A stretch of 64,000 nt of DNA from Bacteroidales bacterium (GTDB lineage Bacteria; Bacteroidota; Bacteroidia; Bacteroidales; Azobacteroidaceae), in NCBI GenBank assembly GCA_031548005.1, contig JAVBRK010000021.1, forward strand, positions 9,442-73,441, given 5' to 3'. This document shows, in pieces, positions 28,399 to 38,677 of the stretch; within the stretch, counting starts at the first letter, position 1, and the number at the start of each line of letters is the position of its first letter. Both the position numbers and the translations under genes were made by a program. A model generated the notes under the pieces. It saw only the letters and a program-made list of their open reading frames with translations, made no database searches and was not told where the DNA came from.

Positions 28399-30729
28399 CT
28401 ATTCGCTTTTAATTGAATTTACCGGATTGGCTGTAGCGGCTTTCACAGCTTGCCAAACAACCGTTAATAACGTTAATGCGATGATAATCAAAGCTGCCGT
28501 TGCAAATATCCACCAACCGACTGAAATTCGATAGGCATAATCCTGCAACATTTTGTCCAGCCAGTAATATGCTACAGGAAAAGCAATCAACATTGCGATC
28601 CCAATCAAAATCAGGAATTCGTTCGAAAGCATCCGGACGATATTGCCGACACTTGCACCCAGCACTTTTCTGATTCCTATTTCTTTCGTCTTTGTTTCAG
28701 CAGTATAAGTTACCAGACCGAACAGACCGAGACAAGAAATAAAAACGGCAATCAAAGAAAATGCATTAAAAAGATTTCCGGTACGGATATCGGATTTATA
28801 CATTTGATCGAATTCTTCGTCCATAAACTGATAGTCAAAAGGGTACCCTTCGTTATAACGTTTCCAGATGGTTTCTACAGCCGCAATCGCTTCCCGGGAT
28901 TTTCCAGGGGCCGATTTCACATACAGGTAATCGCCTCCCTGGGAATAGGAAATCACAATCGGGCCGATTTTACTGTGAAAATTCCGGAAATTAAAATCAT
29001 CCGTTTCGCCGACAATTTCGCTTTCTTCGTCCGAATACAAGGGAATGGTACGTCCAACCACCTGAGGCCATCCTAATTTCTCGGCCATTTGCTTATTAAC
29101 GATGTATCCTCCGTGCGGATGATCCTCCAGAGTGAATTTACGGCCGGACAGAAGCTTAATATTGAAAAAATCCAACAGGTTGTAATCTCCGCTCAGGACT
29201 GCTGTTCCAAATTCTTTGGACTCGTCCTTACATTGCCATTTGCGGGAGATATTCCACCAAACATCATTAACCGGAATATTGGTTGCCGTTACATCCGGGA
29301 TCGTTCCTTGCTGCAACAGTTCATTTTTAACTGTCGAATAATGCTCCTGCATGTTGTACATGCGGGTTACAAAAATATTCTCCTGTGTATATCCCGGATC
29401 TTTCTGACGTAAATAATTCAATTGAGATCCCAATCCGATTGTAATCAGGATCAGGCCGATTGAAAAAACAAACTGAACTGTTACCAGGATTTTCCGGACA
29501 TAGGATTTTCCATGTACGGAAGTTGCGGATCCGCTTAGATTCCCGGCTTTAAACGATGACAGCATGAAGGCGGGATAGATTCCGGTTCCCAATATGATTA
29601 CAACAGCTAAAATCAGATAAATCAACAGAACGGAAGGAGAAAACAATTCAAGTTGAAGCTGTTTATCCGTCAATTCATTGTAAAAAGGTAATAATAGGAA
29701 AATCAGGATCGTAGCAAGGATTACAGAGAGCACAAATACCAATCCGGATTCGTACATCATTTGCAGGAATAATTTAATCCGGCCGGATCCTAATATTTTG
29801 CGGATACTGGCTTCCTTCGCTCTTTTTGTCAAACGTGCCGTCACCAGGTTTACATAATTAATCGCTGCGATTAAAAGCAGGATGAATGCTGCTGCGGAAA
29901 ACAAGCGGACATTCTTAATGCCAGAAGGGGCCCCCTCCGAATCGTAAAGGCCGAGAGTAGTCAGGGACTGTATCGGAATACTCAGCCAGGTGCCCGGAAC
30001 ATAGGCTTCTTCCGGAATCACTTCTTTCCATACCATCCGGTCCATTTTATCCCTCAAGGCTTTCAGGTCTACATTTTCGGCCAATAATCCGTAGGTGGTA
30101 AAGTACCAGTTGCTCCAATCTTTTCCATCACTATATCCGATCTTGGCCGCAACGTCCGGATACAATGTAAATGGTAAAATCATCCTGTATTGTAATGACG
30201 AATTTTGAGGGAAATCAGCCATGACTGCTGTTACATGCATTATTCCGTATTTATCTGATTGGATCGACTTTCCAATCGGATCTTCTCCATTAAACAGTGT
30301 CTTTGCCAGGCTTTCGGAAAGAATAACCGAATATTTATCTTTAAAAAGCAATGCAGGATCACCTTTTATAAACCCGGGATCGAAAACTGAAAAGAAAGAA
30401 GAATCGACTAAACAAATTTCAGATTCGGTGAATTTCTCGTCACCAGAGGACAAAACTCCCAGATCCAACCGGCTGAATACACGGCAGGTATGGAGTACTT
30501 CCGGAATATTTTGCTCGATAAAGGGAGCCAGATTTCCGGGAGAATTTCTTCCGAAAGTGCAGATGCGATCGGCATTCTTGAAGTTCCGGTTGATGCTCAA
30601 CTCATCTCTAACCCACAGGATAATGAGGATACAAATAGCCAGACTCACAGCCAATCCGGCAATGTTAATAATGGAATACAGACCATCGCGGTACAGATTC
30701 CGGAACATTATCTTCAAATTATAAAACAT
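28399..30729 (-). CDS. ABC transporter permease (MacB_PCD/FtsX duplicated), copy D
   Basis: 776 aa; IAAINYVNL; C-terminal half very similar to copy B. Confidence 0.95.
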   Translation of the reverse strand: MFYNLKIMFRNLYRDGLYSIINIAGLAVSLAICILIILWVRDELSINRNFKNADRICTFGRNSPGNLAPFIEQNIPEVLHTCRVFSRLDLGVLSSGDEKFTESEICLVDSSFFSVFDPGFIKGDPALLFKDKYSVILSESLAKTLFNGEDPIGKSIQSDKYGIMHVTAVMADFPQNSSLQYRMILPFTLYPDVAAKIGYSDGKDWSNWYFTTYGLLAENVDLKALRDKMDRMVWKEVIPEEAYVPGTWLSIPIQSLTTLGLYDSEGAPSGIKNVRLFSAAAFILLLIAAINYVNLVTARLTKRAKEASIRKILGSGRIKLFLQMMYESGLVFVLSVILATILIFLLLPFYNELTDKQLQLELFSPSVLLIYLILAVVIILGTGIYPAFMLSSFKAGNLSGSATSVHGKSYVRKILVTVQFVFSIGLILITIGLGSQLNYLRQKDPGYTQENIFVTRMYNMQEHYSTVKNELLQQGTIPDVTATNIPVNDVWWNISRKWQCKDESKEFGTAVLSGDYNLLDFFNIKLLSGRKFTLEDHPHGGYIVNKQMAEKLGWPQVVGRTIPLYSDEESEIVGETDDFNFRNFHSKIGPIVISYSQGGDYLYVKSAPGKSREAIAAVETIWKRYNEGYPFDYQFMDEEFDQMYKSDIRTGNLFNAFSLIAVFISCLGLFGLVTYTAETKTKEIGIRKVLGASVGNIVRMLSNEFLILIGIAMLIAFPVAYYWLDKMLQDYAYRISVGWWIFATAALIIIALTLLTVVWQAVKAATANPVNSIKSE

Positions 30730-30757
30730 AATCCTCCAGATTAATAATTAAAATGTG

Positions 30758-33106
30758 TTATTCACTTTTAATCGATTTCACCGGATTGGCTGACGCTGCC
30801 TTGACCGCCTGCCAACCCACAGTCAGCAGCGCCACTACCACTGCAAGAACCGCCACAGTCACAAAGATCCACCAGGTGAAACCAGTCCGGTAAGCATATC
30901 CGGATAACCATTGATTAGTCAGCCACCAGGCTACCGGGAACCCGATTGCAATCGACACCAGGACTAAAAACATAAACTCTCTGGAAATCAGCATTGTAAT
31001 ATTTATAACGGAAGCCCCTAACACCTTGCGGACTCCGATTTCTTTACGACGGGTTTCTGCCATGTAAGCCGACAGTCCAAACAAGCCCAAGCAGGAAATA
31101 AAAATGGCAAGTCCGGCGAAACAGGTTGCCAAAGTTCCGGTACGCTGTTCATCGGCAAACTTACGGGCATAATCTTCATCCACAAATTTGTATTCAAAGG
31201 GGAAATCGGAGTTGTAAGCAGCCATTATTTTCTCCAGTTTGGCGATATTGTCGCTCATGCGATTTGCTCCATTCAATTTGATGTACATACAACCAAAAAA
31301 TCCTGCAGGACCACCAATGATCATCGGCCGGATGGATTCGTAAGGAGAGTCGATCACAAAGTCTTTTACAACCCCAACAACATGCCATTCGCGCCTCCGG
31401 TCTACTACGATCTGCCCGATAGGATCTTCAAAATTCATTAGCTTAACTGCCGACTCATTCAGCAGCAACGCCGTAGAATCTGTCGGGTAGGCATTGAAAT
31501 CGATATCCCGTCCTTTCAGCAATACGACTCCTGTCGTTGCTGCCCATCCTGCATCCACATAATACCTGTTGACCTGTGTTTTATCATTCGGATCTTTCCC
31601 TTTCCATTGAATTCCCCAGGTCGAATTCCAGGTTTCAGTAATCGGACTTAACGTGCGTGTTACCGAAAGGGCAGCCCCTGAAGAAATCAGTTCCTGCCGT
31701 ATAACCCCCTGATGTTCATCCATCTGTTTCGATAAAGAAATTAAAATCAATTGATCTTTATTATATCCGGAATTGCGATCCTGAGCATACCGGATCTGCT
31801 TGTGAACCATCACCGTAGCTGTAATCAGCACGATAGCACAAGAAAACTGGATCACAATAAGCGCTTTCCTGGGCATTGCAGCCCCTTTTCCCAGATTAAA
31901 AACACCTTTCAACACCTCCACCGGTAAAAAAGATGACAGGTAAAAAGCAGGGTAACTTCCAGCCAACAATCCTGTAATAATCACAAATGATACTAAAAAC
32001 AGCCAAAACCAGCTATTCCCAAAATCTATAGCAATCCGTTCATTCATCAGACTATTGAAAAACGGTAAGCATAAAATAACCAACACCATTGCAATCATGG
32101 CTGCAATCACGGTAATCAACATCGACTCTCCTATAAATTGTCCGATTAATGAACTTTTACGAGCCCCTGTAACTTTGCGCACCCCAACTTCTTTTGCCCG
32201 TTTCGCACTACGGGCTGTACTCAGGTTTATAAAATTAATACAGGCAATCAGTAACACCAGCAATGCAATAAAGAAAAACAAGCGAAGGATATCAATGCGT
32301 CCTCCAACAGCCTGCCCATTCTCCCATTTTGTATAAAGATGCACTTTACTGAGAGGATGTAAAATAGTTTGAGTTTTATCTTCATTATTGGTATTTTTTC
32401 CAATAATATCCCTGATTGAATTATTCAAAGATACAATATCGGTTTTCGGCATTAATTCTACATAAGTAAATGTTTCATAGTTACCCCAGCGATCTTCCCC
32501 CAGATCATTCAATTCGGTCATCAGTTGATAAGGGAGTAACGCCTCGAACTGAAAAGTAGAATTATGTTGAGGATTATCCATTATTCCGGTGACTGTTACC
32601 GGGTATTTGGCCCGTATCAGGATATTTTTCCCAAGCGGATCTTCCGATCCGAAAAGGCGTTCGGCAAGCGACCGGGTAAGAACAACCGAATGAGGATCGG
32701 TCAAAGCTGTGGAAGCATTTCCTGTTGTCAGAGGAAAAGTGAACATACTCAGAAATTGAGCATCGGCAAATAATAAATTGGAATTGAACTTTTTGTCTCC
32801 ATAAGTACAGACTTCCGTTAAATTGTTATAGCGCGTCATATCGGCAATTTCAGGATATTGATCTTTCAGCGCCGGACCGAGCAATCTTGAAGTGTTAGCC
32901 ATACCGCCGAACGACTCATTATAGTTCATTACCTGGTACAACCGGGGCTCCTTTTCGTGAAAACGATCATAGCTCCACTGGTTGTATATCCACAACATGA
33001 TCAGCATGGCCGCCGCCATACCGATGGTTAACCCGCCAATGTTAATGGCCGAATAGATACCGTCGCGAAATAATTTTCGGAATGTTATTTTCAGATAATA
33101 GGACAT
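30758..33106 (-). CDS. ABC transporter permease (MacB_PCD/FtsX duplicated), copy E
   Basis: 782 aa; IACINFINLSTARSAKRAKEVGVRK; body most similar to copy C. Confidence 0.95.
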   Translation of the reverse strand: MSYYLKITFRKLFRDGIYSAINIGGLTIGMAAAMLIMLWIYNQWSYDRFHEKEPRLYQVMNYNESFGGMANTSRLLGPALKDQYPEIADMTRYNNLTEVCTYGDKKFNSNLLFADAQFLSMFTFPLTTGNASTALTDPHSVVLTRSLAERLFGSEDPLGKNILIRAKYPVTVTGIMDNPQHNSTFQFEALLPYQLMTELNDLGEDRWGNYETFTYVELMPKTDIVSLNNSIRDIIGKNTNNEDKTQTILHPLSKVHLYTKWENGQAVGGRIDILRLFFFIALLVLLIACINFINLSTARSAKRAKEVGVRKVTGARKSSLIGQFIGESMLITVIAAMIAMVLVILCLPFFNSLMNERIAIDFGNSWFWLFLVSFVIITGLLAGSYPAFYLSSFLPVEVLKGVFNLGKGAAMPRKALIVIQFSCAIVLITATVMVHKQIRYAQDRNSGYNKDQLILISLSKQMDEHQGVIRQELISSGAALSVTRTLSPITETWNSTWGIQWKGKDPNDKTQVNRYYVDAGWAATTGVVLLKGRDIDFNAYPTDSTALLLNESAVKLMNFEDPIGQIVVDRRREWHVVGVVKDFVIDSPYESIRPMIIGGPAGFFGCMYIKLNGANRMSDNIAKLEKIMAAYNSDFPFEYKFVDEDYARKFADEQRTGTLATCFAGLAIFISCLGLFGLSAYMAETRRKEIGVRKVLGASVINITMLISREFMFLVLVSIAIGFPVAWWLTNQWLSGYAYRTGFTWWIFVTVAVLAVVVALLTVGWQAVKAASANPVKSIKSE

Positions 33107-33124
33107 ATTCTTAATTCTAATGTG

Positions 33125-35524
33125 TTATTCACTCTTAATCGATTTCACCGGATTGGCCGTAGCAGCTTTTATCGATTGAAAACTAACCGTTAACATGGCG
33201 ATCAACAATACCAGCAGCCCGCTACCGGCAAATATCCACCAGTTTATATCGATCCGGTACTCATAATCCTGCAACCACCGGTGCATGATCCACCAGCCCA
33301 AGGGAATCGCAATGATAAATGCGATGGCGATCAACATCATGAAATTCCGACCCAGTAATTCAACAATATTCAATACCGAAGCTCCCAATACTTTACGGAT
33401 TCCGATTTCTTTGGTACGTTGTTCAGCCAAAAAAGCTGTCAATCCAAATAATCCGAGGCAAGAAATAAAGATGGCCAGAACAGCGAACAAGCCGGATAAC
33501 TTACCTACAAGCAAGGTCGATTTGAATTTCTGATTGAACTGTTCGTCCATAAATTCATATTCAAACGGATGATTCGGATCGATTTTTTTTAAAACACTTT
33601 CCACTTTTTTCAAAGCATCCTGCGTATTTCCTGGTTTTAACCGGATAAACAGATTAAAGTCGGATGTATTTCCATAATAATTGTAGAAAAGAACCGGCTC
33701 TCCTTTCATTTTGTACATATCGTTAAATACAAAATCCTGAACGATTCCAATAATCGTAAGGGGATATTCTCCGTTTCCCTGACCTTGCCAGATTCTCCCT
33801 CCCACACGGCCTTCATCTCCCATTAACTTGGCTAATGTTTCGTTGATAATAATGGGAGAATCCGCTTCATCTTTGGCATTTTTCGATACGAAATAACGAC
33901 CTTCTTTCAACTTGATATCCAGAGTAGGCAACAACTCGGGGCTTGTTCTTACATGAGAAATCAAAGGATCGATATGATCCGGTTTTCCCTGCCACTGCCA
34001 GTTTCCACCATTACTCCACAAGTTGATCATCATCTGATCGCTCAATCCGGCATTTTCTACAACGCCGGTTGCCAACAACTCCTGTTTCAGGGGCTCAAAA
34101 TGATCCAGAATATCCTGATTGGCCCCCAATGTTAATACCTGCTCTATATCCATCCCCAATGATCTATTTTTAGTATGTTGTATCTGTAAATAGATAAATG
34201 CAGTGCAAATAATCAATGTCAGGGACACCGTAAACTGAAATGTGACCAACCCTTTACGCAGCCAATCGGTACCTCCTCCTCCACGGGTAGCCAGTTTACG
34301 TAAAACATCGATCGGAGGAAAAGATGAGAGAAAAAATGCGGGATAGCTACCGGCAAAAAAAGCACACAACACACCGACAGAGAGCAATCCAATCCAATGA
34401 ACCGGATTAGTTAATCCCAACGATAGCTCTTTTTCTGTTAAATGGTTGAACGGAGGTAATAGCACGATTATAAAAAGAATAGCAAACAGCAAAGATAAAG
34501 AGGTGATCACCGCCGATTCGGAAATAAATTGCCAGATAAGCCTCAAACGACTGGCTCCAAATGTTTTACGAACCCCGACTTCCAACACCCGCTTTTGAGA
34601 CCGGGCGGTAGAAAGGTTCATAAAATTAATGCAGGCGATCACCAGAATCACCACGGCAATCCAGAAAAATAATCTGACATAACGGATGTATCCTGTTCCC
34701 GTAGGATAACCGTCTTTAAACTCTCCGTATAATTTGAGTTTGTTGAAAGGATATAGAAACAATGTTGTTCCATCATCCGGAGAATTCCTTTTTTTCTTGA
34801 GCAGGTCCTTTATTTGAGCATTAACCTGATTTATATCGGCCGATGCATCCAATTCCACATAGTCGGTCATCCAGTTCGATCCCCAGTGTGTTTCCGCTGA
34901 TTGCCAACCAGTGGCTATAAAATCTTTTACTCTTTGTTGAAAAGGAATAAGCCAGTTAAAAGTGAATTCCGAATTCTTTTTCGAATTTTTTATTACTGCA
35001 GTAATCTGGTATTCCTCTCCATTATCTTTCTTCAATGTTTGTCCTATCGGATTATCTTTCCCGAAAAAACGGGAAGCCATATCTTCCGTAATCACCAATG
35101 GATAAGCCGCATCGAATGCAGTTTTTGCATTTCCTTTTATAAATTCGATATCCAACATACTGAAAATAGAAGAATCGGCATAAGCTCCTGTTTCGTAGAG
35201 CATTTTATTATTCAAGGCGAATAAACACTTGGTTCCATTGTCACTGTAACGCGTCACATTTCTTATTCCGGTAACTTCTTCTTTCAAAGCTGCAGCCAAC
35301 GGATTGGGAGCAACTTTAAAAGTACGAACCTCATCACCATATTTTTGATTCTGATACAAGGCATACAGTTGTTTCTGCTTCGGGAAATCGTTGTAAGTGA
35401 CTTCATCTTCCACCCACAGAAGGATCAGGGACGCACAGGTTATACCGATCGCCAGACCGAGAATATTCAAAATACTGTATGTCTTATTCCGGAAAATAAT
35501 CCGGAGAGATTGCCTGATATTCAT
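33125..35524 (-). CDS. ABC transporter permease (MacB_PCD/FtsX duplicated), copy F
   Basis: 799 aa; IACINFMNLSTARSQKR; AEQRTKEIGIRKVLGA. Confidence 0.95.
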   Translation of the reverse strand: MNIRQSLRIIFRNKTYSILNILGLAIGITCASLILLWVEDEVTYNDFPKQKQLYALYQNQKYGDEVRTFKVAPNPLAAALKEEVTGIRNVTRYSDNGTKCLFALNNKMLYETGAYADSSIFSMLDIEFIKGNAKTAFDAAYPLVITEDMASRFFGKDNPIGQTLKKDNGEEYQITAVIKNSKKNSEFTFNWLIPFQQRVKDFIATGWQSAETHWGSNWMTDYVELDASADINQVNAQIKDLLKKKRNSPDDGTTLFLYPFNKLKLYGEFKDGYPTGTGYIRYVRLFFWIAVVILVIACINFMNLSTARSQKRVLEVGVRKTFGASRLRLIWQFISESAVITSLSLLFAILFIIVLLPPFNHLTEKELSLGLTNPVHWIGLLSVGVLCAFFAGSYPAFFLSSFPPIDVLRKLATRGGGGTDWLRKGLVTFQFTVSLTLIICTAFIYLQIQHTKNRSLGMDIEQVLTLGANQDILDHFEPLKQELLATGVVENAGLSDQMMINLWSNGGNWQWQGKPDHIDPLISHVRTSPELLPTLDIKLKEGRYFVSKNAKDEADSPIIINETLAKLMGDEGRVGGRIWQGQGNGEYPLTIIGIVQDFVFNDMYKMKGEPVLFYNYYGNTSDFNLFIRLKPGNTQDALKKVESVLKKIDPNHPFEYEFMDEQFNQKFKSTLLVGKLSGLFAVLAIFISCLGLFGLTAFLAEQRTKEIGIRKVLGASVLNIVELLGRNFMMLIAIAFIIAIPLGWWIMHRWLQDYEYRIDINWWIFAGSGLLVLLIAMLTVSFQSIKAATANPVKSIKSE

Positions 35525-35543
35525 AATTCTTAATTTTAATGTG

Positions 35544-37904
35544 TCATTCTGTCTTTATCGATTTCACCGGATTGGCCATCGCTGCTTTTACAGCTTGCAG
35601 GCAAACCGTAAATATGGTTATTGCGATTGTTATGATTGCAGCCACTGCAAACATCCACCAGGATAAAGAAATACGATAAGCAAAATCACTCAGATAGTTA
35701 TTTCCCATCCACCAGGCTACAGGCAAAGCCACCACCAGGGAGATAATCAGGAGTTTCAGATAATCGCCTGTGAAAAGAGACACGATATTATTAATGTTTG
35801 CCCCCATCACTTTACGGATTCCGATTTCCCGGGTTCGTTGCTCCGCCATAAACGCGGTAAGCCCGAATACACCCATGCAGGCAACGAAAATAGCCAATAT
35901 AGAGAAGCAAATAGCGACATGATTGGTACGGTGCTCGGATTCATAGGCTTTTTCCCATTCCGCATCAGGGAAACCGGCTTCAAACATACCATTCGGATTA
36001 TATTTTTTATAGATCTGCTCAAAAGTTTTCAGTTGCGCTGGCATATCTCCACCTTTCACACGCACCACAATCGTTTGCAGGGGACGATTTTTCCCGTTAT
36101 GGATGCAAAAACCGCTAATAGGACGGTATAATGGCTCGAAATTAAAGTTTTCGACCACTCCGCAAACGTAAGTATCTCCTTCATTGATGTTTGCCATCAC
36201 CTTCTTTCCAATCACCTCTTCAGGGGTCATGCCCAGATATTCTACCGATTTGCGGTTGAGAACGATTTGTGTAATGGTATCTTCCGCCATTCTTTCCGGA
36301 AGATTTTTACCGGCAATCAATTTCAATTGCATGGTCGGTAAGAAATTAGCATCAGCTTTGATACTCGAAAGACTAAGTCCGGTTTTGTCATCCCGGTCTT
36401 TCATAAGAATCATCCCATTTCCATTGAATATATAACCGCTTTCCCGGGCAACCATCTCGACAGAGTTCTGTGCATGGTACTCGTTTGCAAGCGCTTCGGT
36501 CATATCTCCCGGCGCAGTCATAACAATCAGATTGTGTGGATTATATCCGATATCTTTGTTATTGGTATAACGAATCTGGGATTGGATAATAAATACCCAG
36601 GTGATCAGGACTACAGCAACGGCAAACTGCCCGACAGTCAGCGCTTTTCTTACAAAACCATGGACAGAGCCTCGTCCTACAGTACCGGAGCGGATCGCCA
36701 GTAATGGGGGAAAACTCGACAGATACAAGGCCGGATAAGAGGCTGCAACCAGGGTAGTCAATAACAGCAACAAAAGAGCGCCGAATAAAAACACCGGCTG
36801 GAATACGATGGAAAAAGACAATTGTTCGTTCAACAGATTATTGAACACCGGCAACAGAAGATACGCCAGACCAAAAGCCAGGATAAAAGAAGCAATCGAA
36901 ATGATCCCGGTTTCGGTTACCAATTGCAAAATCAGCCTGCCCCGGCTGGCTCCAAGCGTTTTGCTGACTCCGATTTCTTTCGAACGCTTCTGAGCGCGCG
37001 CCGTACTCAGATTCATATAATTGATACAGGCGACTAAAAGAATGGTAACAGCCAGGATCATCAGCATTTTAACTTTCCCTATATCGCTTTGGGAAGAAGT
37101 ATAGGAATGTAAAAATTTTCCGGAATACAGGTGAATATCTTCCAACCGTTGTAATTTCGGATAGAAAAAACACTCTCCTTTGGTTTCATCGGAAGTAATT
37201 TTTTTCAGTTGTTCGTTAACGGAAGCCATATCAGCACCTGTATTCAACAGGCAAAAGGTTTCAAAATCGATATTTCCCCAATAAAGATTATCCCTCATCC
37301 ACGTAGGATAGCTATGCATAAATGGAGCAATAGCCTGATAATCATAGAACGAACTATTTTTAGGAAAATCTTGATAAACCGCTTTGACCTCAATAGGAAA
37401 TTCACCGTCGAGGGAGATAGTCTTACCCATAGGATCTTCATTGCCAAACAGCTTTTTCGCCATTTTTTCAGACAAAGCAATGGCATTCGGTTGTTTCATA
37501 ACCGCCTCGGGCGAGCCGGAGAGGAAAGGAGTATCAAACAATCGAAAGAAATCCTCATCAGCCCACATTAATTTGAATTTCAATGGGTTATCATTTATCC
37601 GGATCAGATAATTTACCGGATAGCTGCGAACTGTTGCAACTACCTCCGGAATCTTTTCCTTGATAGTTGGTCCAACAATATTGGCTGTTGTACAAAAAGT
37701 CTCTCCCGGCATATAAGCTGTCAGATACGAATTCATCCGGTAGACATTTTTACTTTCTTTGAACGATTTATCGAACGAGCGCTCATTATAAACCATCAGA
37801 CAAATCAATAACACGACCGATAATCCGATAGATAATCCGATGATATTTAATATGCTGTAAGTCTTATTCCGGAAAATAATCCGGAGAGATTGTCTTGTAT
37901 TCAT
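35544..37904 (-). CDS. ABC transporter permease (MacB_PCD/FtsX duplicated), copy G
   Basis: 786 aa; VACINYMNLSTARAQKRSKEIG; AEQRTREIGIRK. Confidence 0.95.
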   Translation of the reverse strand: MNTRQSLRIIFRNKTYSILNIIGLSIGLSVVLLICLMVYNERSFDKSFKESKNVYRMNSYLTAYMPGETFCTTANIVGPTIKEKIPEVVATVRSYPVNYLIRINDNPLKFKLMWADEDFFRLFDTPFLSGSPEAVMKQPNAIALSEKMAKKLFGNEDPMGKTISLDGEFPIEVKAVYQDFPKNSSFYDYQAIAPFMHSYPTWMRDNLYWGNIDFETFCLLNTGADMASVNEQLKKITSDETKGECFFYPKLQRLEDIHLYSGKFLHSYTSSQSDIGKVKMLMILAVTILLVACINYMNLSTARAQKRSKEIGVSKTLGASRGRLILQLVTETGIISIASFILAFGLAYLLLPVFNNLLNEQLSFSIVFQPVFLFGALLLLLLTTLVAASYPALYLSSFPPLLAIRSGTVGRGSVHGFVRKALTVGQFAVAVVLITWVFIIQSQIRYTNNKDIGYNPHNLIVMTAPGDMTEALANEYHAQNSVEMVARESGYIFNGNGMILMKDRDDKTGLSLSSIKADANFLPTMQLKLIAGKNLPERMAEDTITQIVLNRKSVEYLGMTPEEVIGKKVMANINEGDTYVCGVVENFNFEPLYRPISGFCIHNGKNRPLQTIVVRVKGGDMPAQLKTFEQIYKKYNPNGMFEAGFPDAEWEKAYESEHRTNHVAICFSILAIFVACMGVFGLTAFMAEQRTREIGIRKVMGANINNIVSLFTGDYLKLLIISLVVALPVAWWMGNNYLSDFAYRISLSWWMFAVAAIITIAITIFTVCLQAVKAAMANPVKSIKTE

Positions 37905-37918
37905 AACTTTTTATTTTA

Positions 37919-37957
37919 TTGACAGTTGACAGTTAATAATTGATAATTATCGATTAT
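37919..37957. repeat. Intergenic heptamer tandem repeat
   Basis: TTGACAG TTGACAG TTAATAA TTGATAA TTATCGA between the ATPase and permease G. Confidence 0.65.
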
Positions 37958-38656
37958 TTATTGTGCGGCATAAACCAACTCTTTCAAGAAGTTTTCCGTT
38001 ACCGTTTTCCCGTCGAGCATGTGAATAATCCGGTGAGCATAACGGGAATCGTGTTCGCTGTGAGTTACCATAATGATAGTGGTACCTTTTTCATTCAATG
38101 AAGTCAATAGCTGCATCACTTCCAGACCGTTTTTACTATCCAGATTTCCGGTCGGCTCATCCGCCAGGATCAGTTTGGGGCTGTTTACTACCGCACGGGC
38201 CACAGCTACCCGCTGTTGCTGACCACCAGAAAGCTGAGACGGAAAATGATTCCGGCGGTGCATCATCTGTACGCCTTCCAAAGCCGCTTCGACCAAAGGT
38301 TTGCGGTCGGCAGCCTTGATATTGTTATACACCAGGGGCAATTCTACATTCTCAAATACAGTCAGTTCATCGATGAGGTTAAAGCTCTGAAAAACAAAGC
38401 CGATATTCGACTTACGCAAATCGCTACGCTTATTTTCATTGAATTTAGCGACTTCAACTCCATTAAAAACGAAGCTACCGGAAGTCGGATCGTCCAACAT
38501 CCCTAAAATATTAAGCAATGTTGATTTTCCGCAACCCGAAGGCCCCATAATGGCAACAAATTCATGCTCTTTTACTTCCATGCACATTTTATTCAGCGCC
38601 ACAGTTTCTACCTCTTCTGTACGGTAAATTTTCTCGAGATCTGTAATTTTAATCAT
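37958..38656 (-). CDS. ABC transporter ATP-binding protein (MacB/LolD type)
   Basis: GPSGCGKST, LSGGQQQRVAVARA, ILADEPTGNLD and VTH. Confidence 0.96.
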   Translation of the reverse strand: MIKITDLEKIYRTEEVETVALNKMCMEVKEHEFVAIMGPSGCGKSTLLNILGMLDDPTSGSFVFNGVEVAKFNENKRSDLRKSNIGFVFQSFNLIDELTVFENVELPLVYNNIKAADRKPLVEAALEGVQMMHRRNHFPSQLSGGQQQRVAVARAVVNSPKLILADEPTGNLDSKNGLEVMQLLTSLNEKGTTIIMVTHSEHDSRYAHRIIHMLDGKTVTENFLKELVYAAQ

Positions 38657-38677
38657 GATAATCTATTTTTATTTTAT

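Noticed and set aside
19707-37904. True integron, shufflon or diversity-generating retroelement as the explanation for the permease array
   Set aside because: No integrase, invertase or reverse transcriptase is in the window. There are no attC-like hairpins in the spacers, all genes are co-oriented, and no template/variable repeat pair with adenine-specific differences was seen.
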